This document shows, one piece after another, positions 25,401-36,266 of a DNA stretch of 64,000 nt. Below the pieces are notes generated by a model. The model was not told where the DNA came from and made no database searches. It worked only from the letters and a program-made list of their open reading frames with translations. Made by a program: the position numbers and the translations under genes. The stretch's first letter is position 1. Each line of letters starts with the position of its first letter. Source of the stretch: Guillardia theta CCMP2712 (Eukaryota; Protista; Cryptophyta). The stretch is taken from positions 314,273 through 378,272 of the forward strand of contig NW_005434654.1 of assembly GCF_000315625.1 (NCBI RefSeq). The letters run 5' to 3'.

Positions 25401-26244
25401 GATACTTCAAGACGCGCATGACAGAGCATGACAGAGTCTTCAAGTGCCGAAGAGGAGAGCTGTCTTCCCTGAGGAAATACTCTGGCGAGAACCGCACGTC
25501 GGGTTCGCTGGACTGGAGAGCTCGCCATAAGAGGTCATCGTCGGCTTGCAGCTGCTCGTCGGCAAACATGAGAGCTTTGCCATTTTCCTCCACCGCCATG
25601 CGAACAAACGGCATGTCCTTTCGTAAGGTGCTGTCAGCATACCTGAGGCACATCCCGTTCTCCGCTACCGCAGCTCGGATCAGGTCCACATCTCGTCTGT
25701 GTGCTTCTGAGACCTTGCCGATCAAAGACCCTCGTCTTTGAAGTATGCTCAGTATAGTCTGCTTGTCGTCCCAGGGCGACTTGCCGTTCCCCTCCTTGAC
25801 TGTCTTCCACACTTGCGATAGCTCCAACCATCTCATCAACATCCTTTTCGATCTCATCTGCTGTGCCTTTTCGATCATCGCAAGCTGCTTTGCGCTTCTG
25901 TCTCTGTACTGCTCTCTCAGCCTCTCGAACATCTGTGCTTGCAATTCTTCTCTCCTCTCGCGCATCTTGTTCAGCAGGCTATCAACTCCGCTCTTGACGC
26001 TCTGAAAAGTACCTGTGTCTCCCCCATGATCGGGGTGGTTTCTCCTCGCCCACTCTCGGAAGCGTCGCTGTAAGGTCTGATCGGTGAGTAGGATGTCGAT
26101 CTTGTCGCGGCTGAGCTCGTTCAGCGCCTCCATGGACTCGAGCCCCACCTCTCCTCCTCCGATGGCTCGCAGCGCTGCCTCCTCCATGTCGAAAGATTCC
26201 ACTAGCTCACTACCCCTCCTGGTGAGGCTGGATTCTGGGGTCAT
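22437..26244 (-). CDS. J-like(HPD)-DUF4116-coiled coil-protein kinase-RING1-Rcat (RBR-like E3) fusion protein
   Basis: HPDHGG at ~26020-26037; DUF4116-type repeats (AVAENGMCLRYADSTLRKD; AVEENGKALMFADEQLQAD); kinase AVK/REAALL/HGDVKPANIL/DYD/APE/DVWSFG; RING C..C.EDHFTCQHC...CPHFRC; CPRC..FHDFDGCFAVTC..C.CGFCAWC...H.HVSTC. An intron at ~24273-24326 joins ORFs 24145-26244 and 22877-24313 in frame. Confidence 0.82.
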
Positions 26245-26806
26245 CGACCGCCAATCCTCAGGTGGGAAACTTGCATGAGTCGAGTGATCGGCCGGGAACT
26301 GACCCGGCAGGGCCCGGGGCCCGACCGCCCCAGGCAGTGGTGTAGTAGTAGGGGTGCATCACCCTTGGAACGAAAGAGGTGGGGGTGGTCTGGTGGGAAA
26401 TCCAAGAGGCCCTGATACTCTACATCAGGTGGGTAGCGAGTGGGATCTTGGAGGGTAGGGGTATTGCTCCATGCGGAAGAGACGAGGACATGGCAGAGAG
26501 GCGAGCGCACGATGTTGGAGTGAGCGGAGGGCTGTGAGAGACACGTGGGATGATGGTAGAGAGTGAGGACACAGACGTACAGCCACATCACCATCACCGT
26601 CCCTGGTGGTGGAGCAGACACGAGCGGGCATGTAAGATCGGAGGGTCACATGGGAACATTGCATACAACACCTAACATGAAGCTGCCTGTACCTTAGTGA
26701 CTTGTTTCCTGCAGGACGATCGCCCGGCAAAGACCAGCGAGCCCGCACATCATCGACCAGGCCTCCTGCCGCTCCCTTCATACACACCCACTCACCCCGC
26801 TCACAC

Positions 26807-29319
26807 ATGGCTGAGGACCTAGAAGCTGCAGTCCGACTCCTTGTACCTACCCTGGGATACAGCGGGTGTCTGGAGGACATCTCTAACTCGTCCCTCATCG
26901 CTCTCAGAGACGAGCTAGACCGGCTGCCTGGGCTGCTTCCCAGGCTCTACAGGACATGGTCTCTCAAGGCTCATCCACAACAAGGAGGAGACGAGGAGAC
27001 GTTCAAGCGAGTGACGGAGGCGAAGGACAACCTCCCGAGGCTGTTGTCGAGGAGGATCGAGGAGATGGAGGGACAGAAGCATGCCGAGACCCAGCGGAGG
27101 ATGGCTGAGCGGATACGGGAGAGGAGGCGAGCACAGGCGGTGGAGCAAGGGGAGGCGAGGGCGAGGGAGCATGGGAAGCGAGCGGTAGGGGAGGCGTTGC
27201 AGCATTGGATGGGGGCGACGAGGGTAGAGAGGAGGGTGTACAAGAAGGCGTGCGAGGCAGGGCGGAGGGCAATGATGCGATGGATGAAGATAGTGTACAG
27301 GCCATCCCAGCAGGAGCGACAATGCACAGCACCGGTTTACTCAGGAGTTGGTAAAGAGACCCAGCGGAGGATGGCTGAGCGGATACGGGAGAGGAGGCGA
27401 GTACAGGCGGCTGAGCAAGGGGAGGCGAGGGCGAGGGAGCATGGGAAGCGAGCGGTAGGGGAGGCGTTGCAGCATTGGATGGGGGCGACGAGGGTAGAGA
27501 GGAGGGTGTACAAGAAGGCGTGCGAGGCAGGGCGGAGGGCAATGATGCAATGGGTGAGAATGCTGCACAGGCCATCCCAGCAGGAGCGACAAAGTACAGC
27601 ACTGGTTGAAAGAGACGCTGGTACCAGTGAGGTGAAGAGTGCACAGGCCTGCGGTCAAGAGATGTCACGTGGGAGCTCATTCCGCAAGGAGGCAGAGAGG
27701 AGCAAGGCAGCACAGATACCTCAAGCTGGAGCTCGATGTGAGACCATGGAGCAGCTTCAGCACTTGAGGAGGGAGGCAGCGCTAGAGCGACCTAAGACAG
27801 CTCCAAATAGAAGTCAGTCTCGACCATCCCAAGCCGCTTCTCGAGAGCCGTACAGGCCCCGTAGAAACAGACAAGGCTCAGACAAGCAGTCATCGTCTGA
27901 GCTTCGCCGAATAATTTCCTTCTTGAACAATCTGATAACTGGTATGGCTTCAAAGAAGCAAGAGAACGCGTCTGAGAAAGATCTGGAGGACTTGATAGTC
28001 CCAGCTCTTCAAAGTTTGTTACACGGTACTGCAGCAGACAGCAAGCAACAGGATGTGCGAGATCTGCTGTCAAACCTTGGTGATCACATTCAATTTATGG
28101 AGGACAAAGACAAACGAACCACTGTGTGTCTTCGACACACCTACGGGCTCCTTTACAACTTCGTTCACTCCCTGCCCTCCCCTCACGCTCTCCCTCCTCC
28201 CTCGGCTGATGTCAATGCCAACGATGACCATCACAGGCTCCCTCGCGTAATGTCATATCGTCCCAAGTCGAGGCAGGTGCATCAGATCAAGGCAGCGCTT
28301 GTCAACCTGTCCAGCTCCGCCGCTCTAGAGCCGGATACCCTGCAAGAGCTCGACCGTGCAGGGTCAGAGTGGGTCCGCGTGCTGGACGAGCTGACACGCA
28401 GCTGCGAGCTGCTTCGGCCGGAAGGAGCCAACGCGCGTGGCCGAGAGCAGGTGAGAGGGGCAGAGAGCGAGGGAGGCAGGGAGGGCGAAAGAGAATGCAG
28501 ACAGGGCAGGAATGAGGAGGGGAGGGTCTGTTTCTTGCCTGAGTCTGCGGCAGGGGCAGGGCGATCAGCTTCTTGATCTTGACGCGAGGTGCATGCAATG
28601 GAACGATGCTTACGCGAGCATGCGGGAGATGGAGGACGAGAGCTGCGTACGCGTGCACATGGAGGGCATGATCGGCCTTGTCAGGAGGATAAGCGAGAAA
28701 GGCGTGAAGGCTCGCGTACAGGAGGAGGCGAGAAGGCATGAGGCGCGAGCGATGGAGCTGGTGAAGGATGTCAAGGGATGGCTGGAGACCATCCAGGGCG
28801 ACATCATCGAGGTATGCAGAGGGGGCAGGAGGAGGCGGATCTAGCTTGACGGCGTGCTGGCTGATGACGACGCAGGATGGAGATGGCAAGGAGGCGAAGG
28901 GTGCGGGAGGCTGGGACGATCAGCCGGCGGGGGGTGTAGGGGAGGGGCGGGGGGAGGAGGATGTCGGGGGCTGGAGGAGAAGGCTGTCAGAGCTGCTGGC
29001 TGACCGGGAGGGAAAGCGCCTTGCGAGGGACAGGCAGGAGGAGGCCGCGGCAACGGAAGGAGAGGAGGCTGATAAGGCGCTGATGGTCAGGCTGATCAAC
29101 TTCAGCTGCGACTGGATCGCGAGGGTGCGGGATCGTGTTGTAGAGGAGCGGACATTACTCGAGTCAAGACTGCGGGAGGTGGAGGATGCATTGATGGGCT
29201 TGGAGGAGACGAGGAGGGGAGACGCTGGTGAGGAGGCGAGGATCGAGAAGCTACGGAGGAGAGCGGAAGAGATGAGGAGAAAGATGGGTTTGGTAGGCAA
29301 GGACACATCAGGTATATAA
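26807..29319 (+). CDS. J-like domain coiled-coil protein A (HPQ variant, internal 90-aa duplication), 3 exons
   Basis: YRTWSLKAHPQQGGDEETFKRVTEAKDNL; GT-AG introns starting at ~28451 and ~28812. Confidence 0.75.
27086..27625 (+). repeat. 270-bp in-frame tandem duplication inside gene A
   Basis: GAGACCCAGCGGAGGATGG starts at both 27086 and 27356; gene B has a single copy. Confidence 0.92.
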
Positions 29320-29445
29320 GAACGGAGTCGTGAATACGCTGGTAATTCGAGTGTCTGCGTACATTGCATAGATGCAACTCCTTCTCATCTGATGACAAAT
29401 TCGAAGATATCTGCTGTTCATAAGGGGAATCATGCATTTGATATA

Positions 29446-30537
29446 CTATTTTAGGACAGCTTTCCGTATCTGAGTTTGAGCCTCTTGCAGCTTTGCCTTC
29501 ATGTCAGATACAGTAGACATCAAGTCGTCCATCGAGCTCTCGATCTCTGCCCTCTCCTTCCCCTCCAACACTGTCACCCCCTCGCGGGTCTGTAGCAGCT
29601 CCGAGCAAGTAAACAGCAGCTCCCTGCAGCTGCTTGTCTTGGCCATGAGCCCTTGCTCCGAGAAGAGGCTCCTTCGACCCTCGAGGTCTTGGTGATACTT
29701 CAAGACGCGCATGACAGAGCATGACAGAGTCTTCAAGTGCCGAAGAGGAGAGCTGTCTTCCCTGAGGAAATACTCTGGCGAGAACCGCACGTCGGGTTCG
29801 CTGGACTGGAGAGCTCGCCATAAGAGGTCATCGTCGGCTTGCAGCTGCTCGTCCGCAAACATGAGAGCTTTGCCATTTTCCTCCACCGCCATGCGGACAA
29901 ACGACATGTCCTTTCGTAAGGTGCTGTCAGCATACCTGAGGCACATCCCGTTCTCCGCTACCGCAGCTCGGATCAGGTCCACATCTCGCCTGTGTGCTTC
30001 TGAGACCTTACCGATCAAAGACCCTCGTCTTTGAAGTATGCTCAGTATAGTCTGCTTGTCGTCCCAGGGCGACTTGTCGTTCCCCTCCTTGACTGTCTTC
30101 CACACTTGCGATAGCTCCAACCATCTCATCAACATCCTTTTCGATCTCATCTGCTGTGCCTTCTCGATCATCGCAAGCTGCTTTGCGCTTCTGTCTCTGT
30201 ACTGCTCTCTCAGCCTCTCGAACATCTGTGCTTGCAATTCTTCGCTCCTCTCGCGCATCTTGTTCAGCAGGCTATCAACTCCGCTCTTGACGCTCTGAAA
30301 AGTACCTGTGTCTCCCCCATGATCGGGATGGTTTCTCCTCGCCCACTCTCGGAAGCGTCGCTGTAAGGTCTGATCGGTGAGTAGGATGTCGATCTTGTCG
30401 CGGCTGAGCTCGTTCAGCGCCTCCATGGACTCGAGCCTCACCTCTCCTCCTCCGATAGCTCGCAGCGCTGCCTCCTCCATGTCGAAGGATTCCACTAGCT
30501 CACTACCCCTCCTGGTGAGGCTGGACTCTGGGGTCAT
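29446..30537 (-). CDS. Truncated copy of the J-DUF4116-kinase-RBR gene (J-like + DUF4116 only; possible pseudogene)
   Basis: 363-aa ORF nearly identical to the N-terminus of ORF 24145-26244. It ends at the duplication breakpoint (~29453) with a new stop. Confidence 0.75.
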   Translation of the reverse strand: MTPESSLTRRGSELVESFDMEEAALRAIGGGEVRLESMEALNELSRDKIDILLTDQTLQRRFREWARRNHPDHGGDTGTFQSVKSGVDSLLNKMRERSEELQAQMFERLREQYRDRSAKQLAMIEKAQQMRSKRMLMRWLELSQVWKTVKEGNDKSPWDDKQTILSILQRRGSLIGKVSEAHRRDVDLIRAAVAENGMCLRYADSTLRKDMSFVRMAVEENGKALMFADEQLQADDDLLWRALQSSEPDVRFSPEYFLREDSSPLRHLKTLSCSVMRVLKYHQDLEGRRSLFSEQGLMAKTSSCRELLFTCSELLQTREGVTVLEGKERAEIESSMDDLMSTVSDMKAKLQEAQTQIRKAVLK

Positions 30538-33350
30538 CGACCGCCAATCCTCAGGTGGGAAACTTGCATGAGTCGAGTGATCGGCCGGGAACTGACCCGG
30601 CAGGGCCCGGGGCCCGACCGCCCCAGGCAGTGGTGTAGTAGTAGGGGTGCATCACCCTTGGAACGAAAGAGGTGGGGGTGGTCTGGTGGGAAATCCAAGA
30701 GGCCCTGATACTCTACATCAGGTGGGTAGCGAGTGGGATCTTGGAGGGTAGGGGTATTGCTCCATGCGGAAGAGACGAGGACATGGCAGAGAGGCGAGCG
30801 CAAGATGTTGGAGTGAGCGGAGGGCTGTGAGAGACACGTGGGATGATGGTAGAGAGTGAGGACACAGACGTACAGCCACATCACCATCACCGTCCCTGGT
30901 GGTGGAGCAGACACGAGCGGGCATGTAAGATCGGAGGGTCACATGGGAAATTGGAAGCACCAAACATGAAGCTGCCTGTACCTTAGTGACTTGTTTCCTG
31001 CAGGACGATCGCCCGGCAAAGACCAGCGAGCCCGCACATCATCGACCAGGCCTCCTGCCGCTCCCTTCATACGCACCCACTCACCCCGCTCACACATGGC
31101 TGAGGACCTAGAAGCTGCAGTCCGACTCCTTGTACCTACCCTGGGATACAGCGGGTGTCTGGAAGACTTCTCCAACGCTTCCCTCATCGCTCTCAGAGAC
31201 GAGCTAGACCGGCTGCCTGGGCTGCTTCCCAGGCTCTACAGGACATGGTCTCTCAAGGCTCATCCGGACAAGGGGGGAAACGAGGAGACGTTCAAGCGAG
31301 TGACGGAGGCGAAGGACAACCTCCCGAGGCTGCTGTCGAGGAGGATCGAGGAGATGGAGGGACAGAAGCATGCCGAGACCCAGCGGAGGATGGCTGAGCG
31401 GATACGGGAGAGGAGGCGAGTACAGGCGGTGGAGCAAGGGGAGGCGAAGGCGAGGGAGCATGGGAAGCGAGCGGTAGGGGAGGCGTTGCAGCATTGGATG
31501 GGGGCGACGAGGGTAGAGAGGAGGGTGTACAAGAAGGCGTGCGAGGCAGGGCGGAGGGCAATGATGCGATGGATGAGAATGCTGCATAGGCCATCCCAGC
31601 AGGAGCGACAATGCACAGCATTGGTTGAAAGAGACGCTGGTACCAGTGAGGTGAAGAGTGCACAGGCCTGCGGTCAAGAGATGTCACGTGGGAGCTCATT
31701 CCGCAAGGAGGCAGAGAGGAGCAAGGCAGCACAGATACCTCAAGCTGGAGCTCGATGTGAGACCATGGAGCAGCTTCAGCACTTGAGGAGGGAGGCAGCG
31801 CTAGAGCGACCTAAGACAGCTCCAGATAGAAGTCAGTCTCGACCATCCCAAGCCGCTTCTCGAGAGCCGTACAGGCCCCGTAGAAACAGACAAGGCTCAG
31901 ACAAGCAGTCATCGTCTTGGGCTCAAAACATATTTTCCTTCTTGAACAATCTGATAACTGGTATGGCTTCAAAGAAGCAAGAGAACGCGTCTGAGAAAGA
32001 TCTGGAGGACTTGATAGTCCCAGCTCTTCAAAGTTTGTTACACGGTACTGCAGCAGACGGCAAGCAACAGGATGTGCGAGATCTGCTGTCAAACCTTGGT
32101 GATCACGTTCAATTTATGGAGGACAAAGACAGTCGAACCACTTTGTGTCTACGACACACCTACGAGCTCCTTTACAACTTCGTTCACTCCCTGCCCTCCC
32201 CTCACGCTCTCCCTCCTCCCTCGGCTGATGTCAATGCCAACGATGACCATCACAGGCTCCCTCGCGTCATGTCGTATCGTCCCAAGTCGAGGCAGGTGCA
32301 TCAGATCAAGACAGCGCTTGTCAACCTGTCCAGCTCCGCCGCTCTAGAGCCGGATACCCTGCAAGAGCTCGACCGTGCGGGGTCAGAGTGGGTCCGCGTG
32401 CTGGACGAGCTGACAAGCAGCTGCGAGCTGCTTCGGCTGGAAGGACCCGACGCGCGCGGCCGAGAGCAGGTGAGAGGGGCGGAGAGCGAGGGAGGCAGGG
32501 AGGGCGAAAGAGAAAGCAAAGAAAGGGCAGGAATGAGGAGGGGAGGGTCTGTTTCTTGCCTGAGTCTGCGGCAGGGGCAGGGCGATCAGCTTCTTGATGT
32601 TGACGCGAGGTGCATGCAATGGGACGATGCTTACGCGAGCATGCGGGAGATGGAGGACGAGAGCTGCGTACGCGTGCACATGGAGGGCATGATCGGCCTT
32701 GTCAGGAGGATAAGCGAGAAAGGCGTGAAGGCTCGCGTACAGGAGGAGGCGAGAAGGCATGAGGCGCGAGCGATGGAGCTGGTGAAGGATGTCAAGGGAT
32801 GGCTGGAGACCATCCAGGGCGACATCATCGAGGTATGCAGAGGGGGCAGGAGGAGGCGGATCGAGCTTGACGGCGTGCTGGCTGATGACGACGCAGGATG
32901 GAGATCGCAAGGAGGCGAAGGGTGCGGGAGGCTGGGGGGATCAGCCGGCGGGGGATGTAGGGGAGGGGCGGGGGGAGGAGACTGTCGGACACTGGAGGAG
33001 GAGGCTGTCAGAGCTGCTGACTGACCGGGAGGGAAAGCGCCTTGCGAGGGACAGGCAGGAGGAGGCCGCGGCAACGGAAGGAGAGGAGGCTGAGCTGCTG
33101 GTGGTCAGGCTCATCAACTTCAGCTGCGACTGGATCGCGAGGGTGCGGGATCGTGTTGTAGAGGGGCGGACATTACTTGAGTCAAGACTGCGGGAGGTGG
33201 AGGATGCATTGATGGGCTTGGAGGAGACGAGGAGGGGAGACGCTGGGGAAGAGGCGAAGATCAAGAGACTACGGAGGAGAGCGGAAGAGATGAGGAGAAA
33301 GATGGGTTTGGTAGGCAAGGACACATCAGGTATGAGAACAGAGTCGTGAA
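29453..33350. repeat. Tandem duplication unit 2
   Basis: Matches ~25161-29331. Confidence 0.93.
31096..33349 (+). CDS. J-like domain coiled-coil protein B (intact HPDKGG), 3 exons
   Basis: YRTWSLKAHPDKGGNEETFKRVTEAKDNL at ~31237-31323; paralog of gene A. Confidence 0.78.
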
Positions 33351-33566
33351 CAAGCTGGTACGTCGGACTGTTCGGTAAATTTGCAAGAGGAAAATGCAAC
33401 TTGCTGTTATGGACTGTCTCAGTGCAAGCATTCCACACAACAATGTTTTTTTGTTGACGATTGTCATGGGCAATATACATTTGTGATACTCAAGATGATT
33501 TTACAATGAGACGATAAAGAGTAAGATCTATTCAATTTTACCGAACAGTCCGACGTACCAGCTTGT

Positions 33567-35712
33567 TCACGACTCCGTTCTCATACCTGATGTGTCCTTG
33601 CCTACCAAACCCATCNNNNNNNNNNNNNNNNNNNNNNNNNNNNNNNNNNNNNNNNNNNNNNNNNNNNNNNNNNNNNNNNNNNNNNNNNNNNNNNNNNNNN
33701 NNNNNNNNNNNNNNNCAGGCAAGAAACAGACCCTCCCCTCCTCATTCCTGCCCTTTCTTTGCTTTCTCTTTTCGCCCTCCCTGCCTCCCTCGCTCTCCGC
33801 CCCTCTCACCTGCTCTCGGCCGCGCGCGTCGGGTCCTTCCAGCCGAAGCAGCTCGCAGCTGCTTGTCAGCTCGTCCAGCACGCGGACCCACTCTGACCCC
33901 GCACGGTCGAGCTCTTGCAGGGTATCCGGCTCTAGCGCGTCGGAGCTGGACAGGTTGACAAGCGCTGTCTTGATCTGATGCACCTGCCTCGACTTGGGAC
34001 GATACGACATGACGCGAGGGAGCCTGTGATGGTCATCGTTGGCATTGACATCAGCCGAGGGAGGAGGGAGAGCGTGAAAGGGGGGCAGGGAGACAACGAA
34101 GTTGCAAAGAACCTCCAAGATTCTGTATTCACTAGTTTGCAGAAATGCCTGTCGTGCTGGGAATGTACACGATTTTTGCTTCAGCCTTCCATTGATTGCC
34201 TGACCCATGCTCTTGTCTTGCTCGGCCTTAGTCTTCAGCGCCTCAAGCTGCTCCTGCAGCGCCTTCTTGTCTGACTCAGCCTTGCTCGTGTCTTGCTCGG
34301 CCTTAGTCTTCAGCGCCTCAAGCTGCTCCTGCAGCGCCTTCTTGTCTGACTCAGCCTTGCTCGTGTCTTGCTCGGCCTTAGTCTTCAGCGCCTCAAGCTG
34401 CTCCTTGCAGCGCCTTCTTGTCTGACTCAGCCTTGCTCGTGTCTTGCTCGGCCTTAGTCTTCAGCGCCTCAAGCTGCTCTTGCAGCGCCTTTCTTGTCTG
34501 ACTCAGCCTTGCTCGTGTCTTGCTCGGCCTTAGTCTCAGCGCCTCAAGCTGCTCCTGCAGCGCCTTCTTGTCTGACTCAGCCTTGCTCGTGTCTTGCTCG
34601 GCCTTAGTCTTCAGCGCCTCAAGCTGCTCCTGCAGCGCCTTCTTGTCTGACTCAGCCTTGCTCGTGTCTTGCTCGGCCTTAGTCTTCAGCGCCTCAAGCT
34701 GCTCTTGCAGCGCCTTCTTGTCTGACTCAGCCTTGCTCGTGTCTTGCTCGGCCTTAGTCTTCAGCGCCTCAAGCTGCTCCTGCAGCGCCTTCTTGTCTGA
34801 CTCAGCCTTGCTCGTGTCTTGCTCGGCCTTAGTCTTCAGCGCCTCAAGCTGCTCCTGCAGCGCCTTCTTGTCTGACTCAGCCTTGCTCGTGTCTTGCTCG
34901 GCCTTAGTCTTCAGCGCCTCAAGCTGCTCCTGCAGCGCCTTCTTGTCTGACTCAGCCTTGCTCGTGTCTTGCTCGGCCTTAGTCTTCAGCGCCTCAAGCT
35001 GCTCCTGCAGCGCCTTCTTGTCTGACTCAGCCTTGCTCGTGTCTTGCTCGGCCTTAGTCTTCAGCGCCTCAAGCTGCTCCTGCAGCGCCTTCTTGTCTGA
35101 CTCAGCCTTGCTCGTGTCTTGCTCGGCCTCAACCCATTTTATTTCAAGCTCTTGTGTGATCATCTTCTTTGCTTCAACCAGCTCGTTGCTTTTGATAATG
35201 AGTCTCCTTATTTTGCACTGATAAGCTATCGATCTAAGAGCAAGAAGCATTTTTCTCCCCATCTCGCACGCCTTCTTGTACACCCTCCTCTCTACCCTCG
35301 TCGCCCCCATCCAATGCTGCAACGCCTCCCCTACCGCTCGCTTCCCATGCTCCCTCGCCCTCGCCTCTCCTTGCTCCGCCGCCTGTGCTCGCCCCCTCTC
35401 CCGTATCCGCTCAGCCATCCTCCGCTGGGTCTCGGCATGCTTCTGTCCCTCCATCTCCTCGATCCTCCTCGACAACAGCCTCGGGAGGTTGTCTTTCGCC
35501 TCCGTCACTCGCTTGAACGTCTCCTCGTCTCCCCCCTTGTCCGGATGAGCCTTGAGAGACCATGTCCTGTAGAGCCTGGGAAGCAGCCCAGACAGCCGGC
35601 CTAGCTCGTCTCTGAGAGCGATGACTGAAGCGTTAGAGATGTCCTCCAGACACCCGCTGTATCCCAGGGTAGGTGCAAGGAGTCGGACTGCAGCTTGTAG
35701 ATCGTCAGCCAT
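33567..35712 (-). CDS. J-like domain protein C (HPDKGG) with 25-aa tandem-repeat coiled coil; spans an assembly gap
   Basis: Shares N- and C-termini with A/B. Single-base indels at ~34405, ~34491 and ~34536 in the repeat give a net frameshift, which may be a sequencing error or pseudogenisation. Confidence 0.65.
33616..33715. other. Assembly gap (100 N)
   Basis: Run of N. Confidence 1.
34214..35130 (-). repeat. Coding minisatellite: ~12 x 75 bp (AEQDTSKAESDKKALQEQLEALKTK)
   Basis: The unit recurs every 75 bp (e.g. 34561, 34636, 34711) and copies are almost identical. Confidence 0.95.
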
Positions 35713-36266
35713 GTGTGAGCGGGGTGAGTGGGTGTGTATGAAGGGAGCGGCAGGAGGTGTGCGGTCTCGCTGGTCTACGCGCAGAAACGTATCAGCCGAT
35801 CATGATTCCTTGAACATCAGTGGTCAGGTTCTTGAAGAGCCTGATCAAGTCTGTCAGTCTTCAAGTCATCATCAGACATCCATCCTTGTCTTTCTTCTTG
35901 CTTGTGTCCCTCCAGGCTCTCCCTCCTCTCTCCACCCCCTCTCCGCCATCTCGTTTACGCACCGGGTTCAAGCCCCCGCCCTCCCCGCCCCCCAGCGCAG
36001 CAGCTAGTGCAGGGTCTTGTGGGGGTGAAAAAAAGCGCACAGCTACATACCACCCACCCCCCCTCCCAGAATCGTGTTTTTCATTTTTCTCAGCAAACAC
36101 AAGTACCCCTACCCACATTTCAACAATCGAAGACCCCACCAAAGTGGTGGCAAGCGGACATTTTGTTTCCCAGCAACTACCCCTACCCCCAGTTCCCCCT
36201 TTCCCCCTTCACCCCATAACATCTACAACCCCCCCTTCTCCAACAGCCGATTCCCTTACAGCCGCC

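Larger units (their letters stand above)
25161..29331. repeat. Tandem duplication unit 1 (5' part of kinase gene + divergent J-like gene A)
   Basis: Matches ~29453-33350. Confidence 0.93.

Noticed and set aside
27140-27300. Sfi1-like centrin-binding repeats (ALQHW...AMMRW) in J-like genes
   Set aside because: Only a partial match to AX7LLX3F/LX2W, with two units; too weak without an HMM search.
34214-35130. Regular repeat array resembling CRISPR
   Set aside because: Contiguous 75-bp units with no unique spacers, in-frame coding, eukaryotic context and no cas genes.
34520-35221. Antisense Ser/Cys/Ala-rich repeat ORF
   Set aside because: Shadow of the minus-strand coiled-coil repeat.
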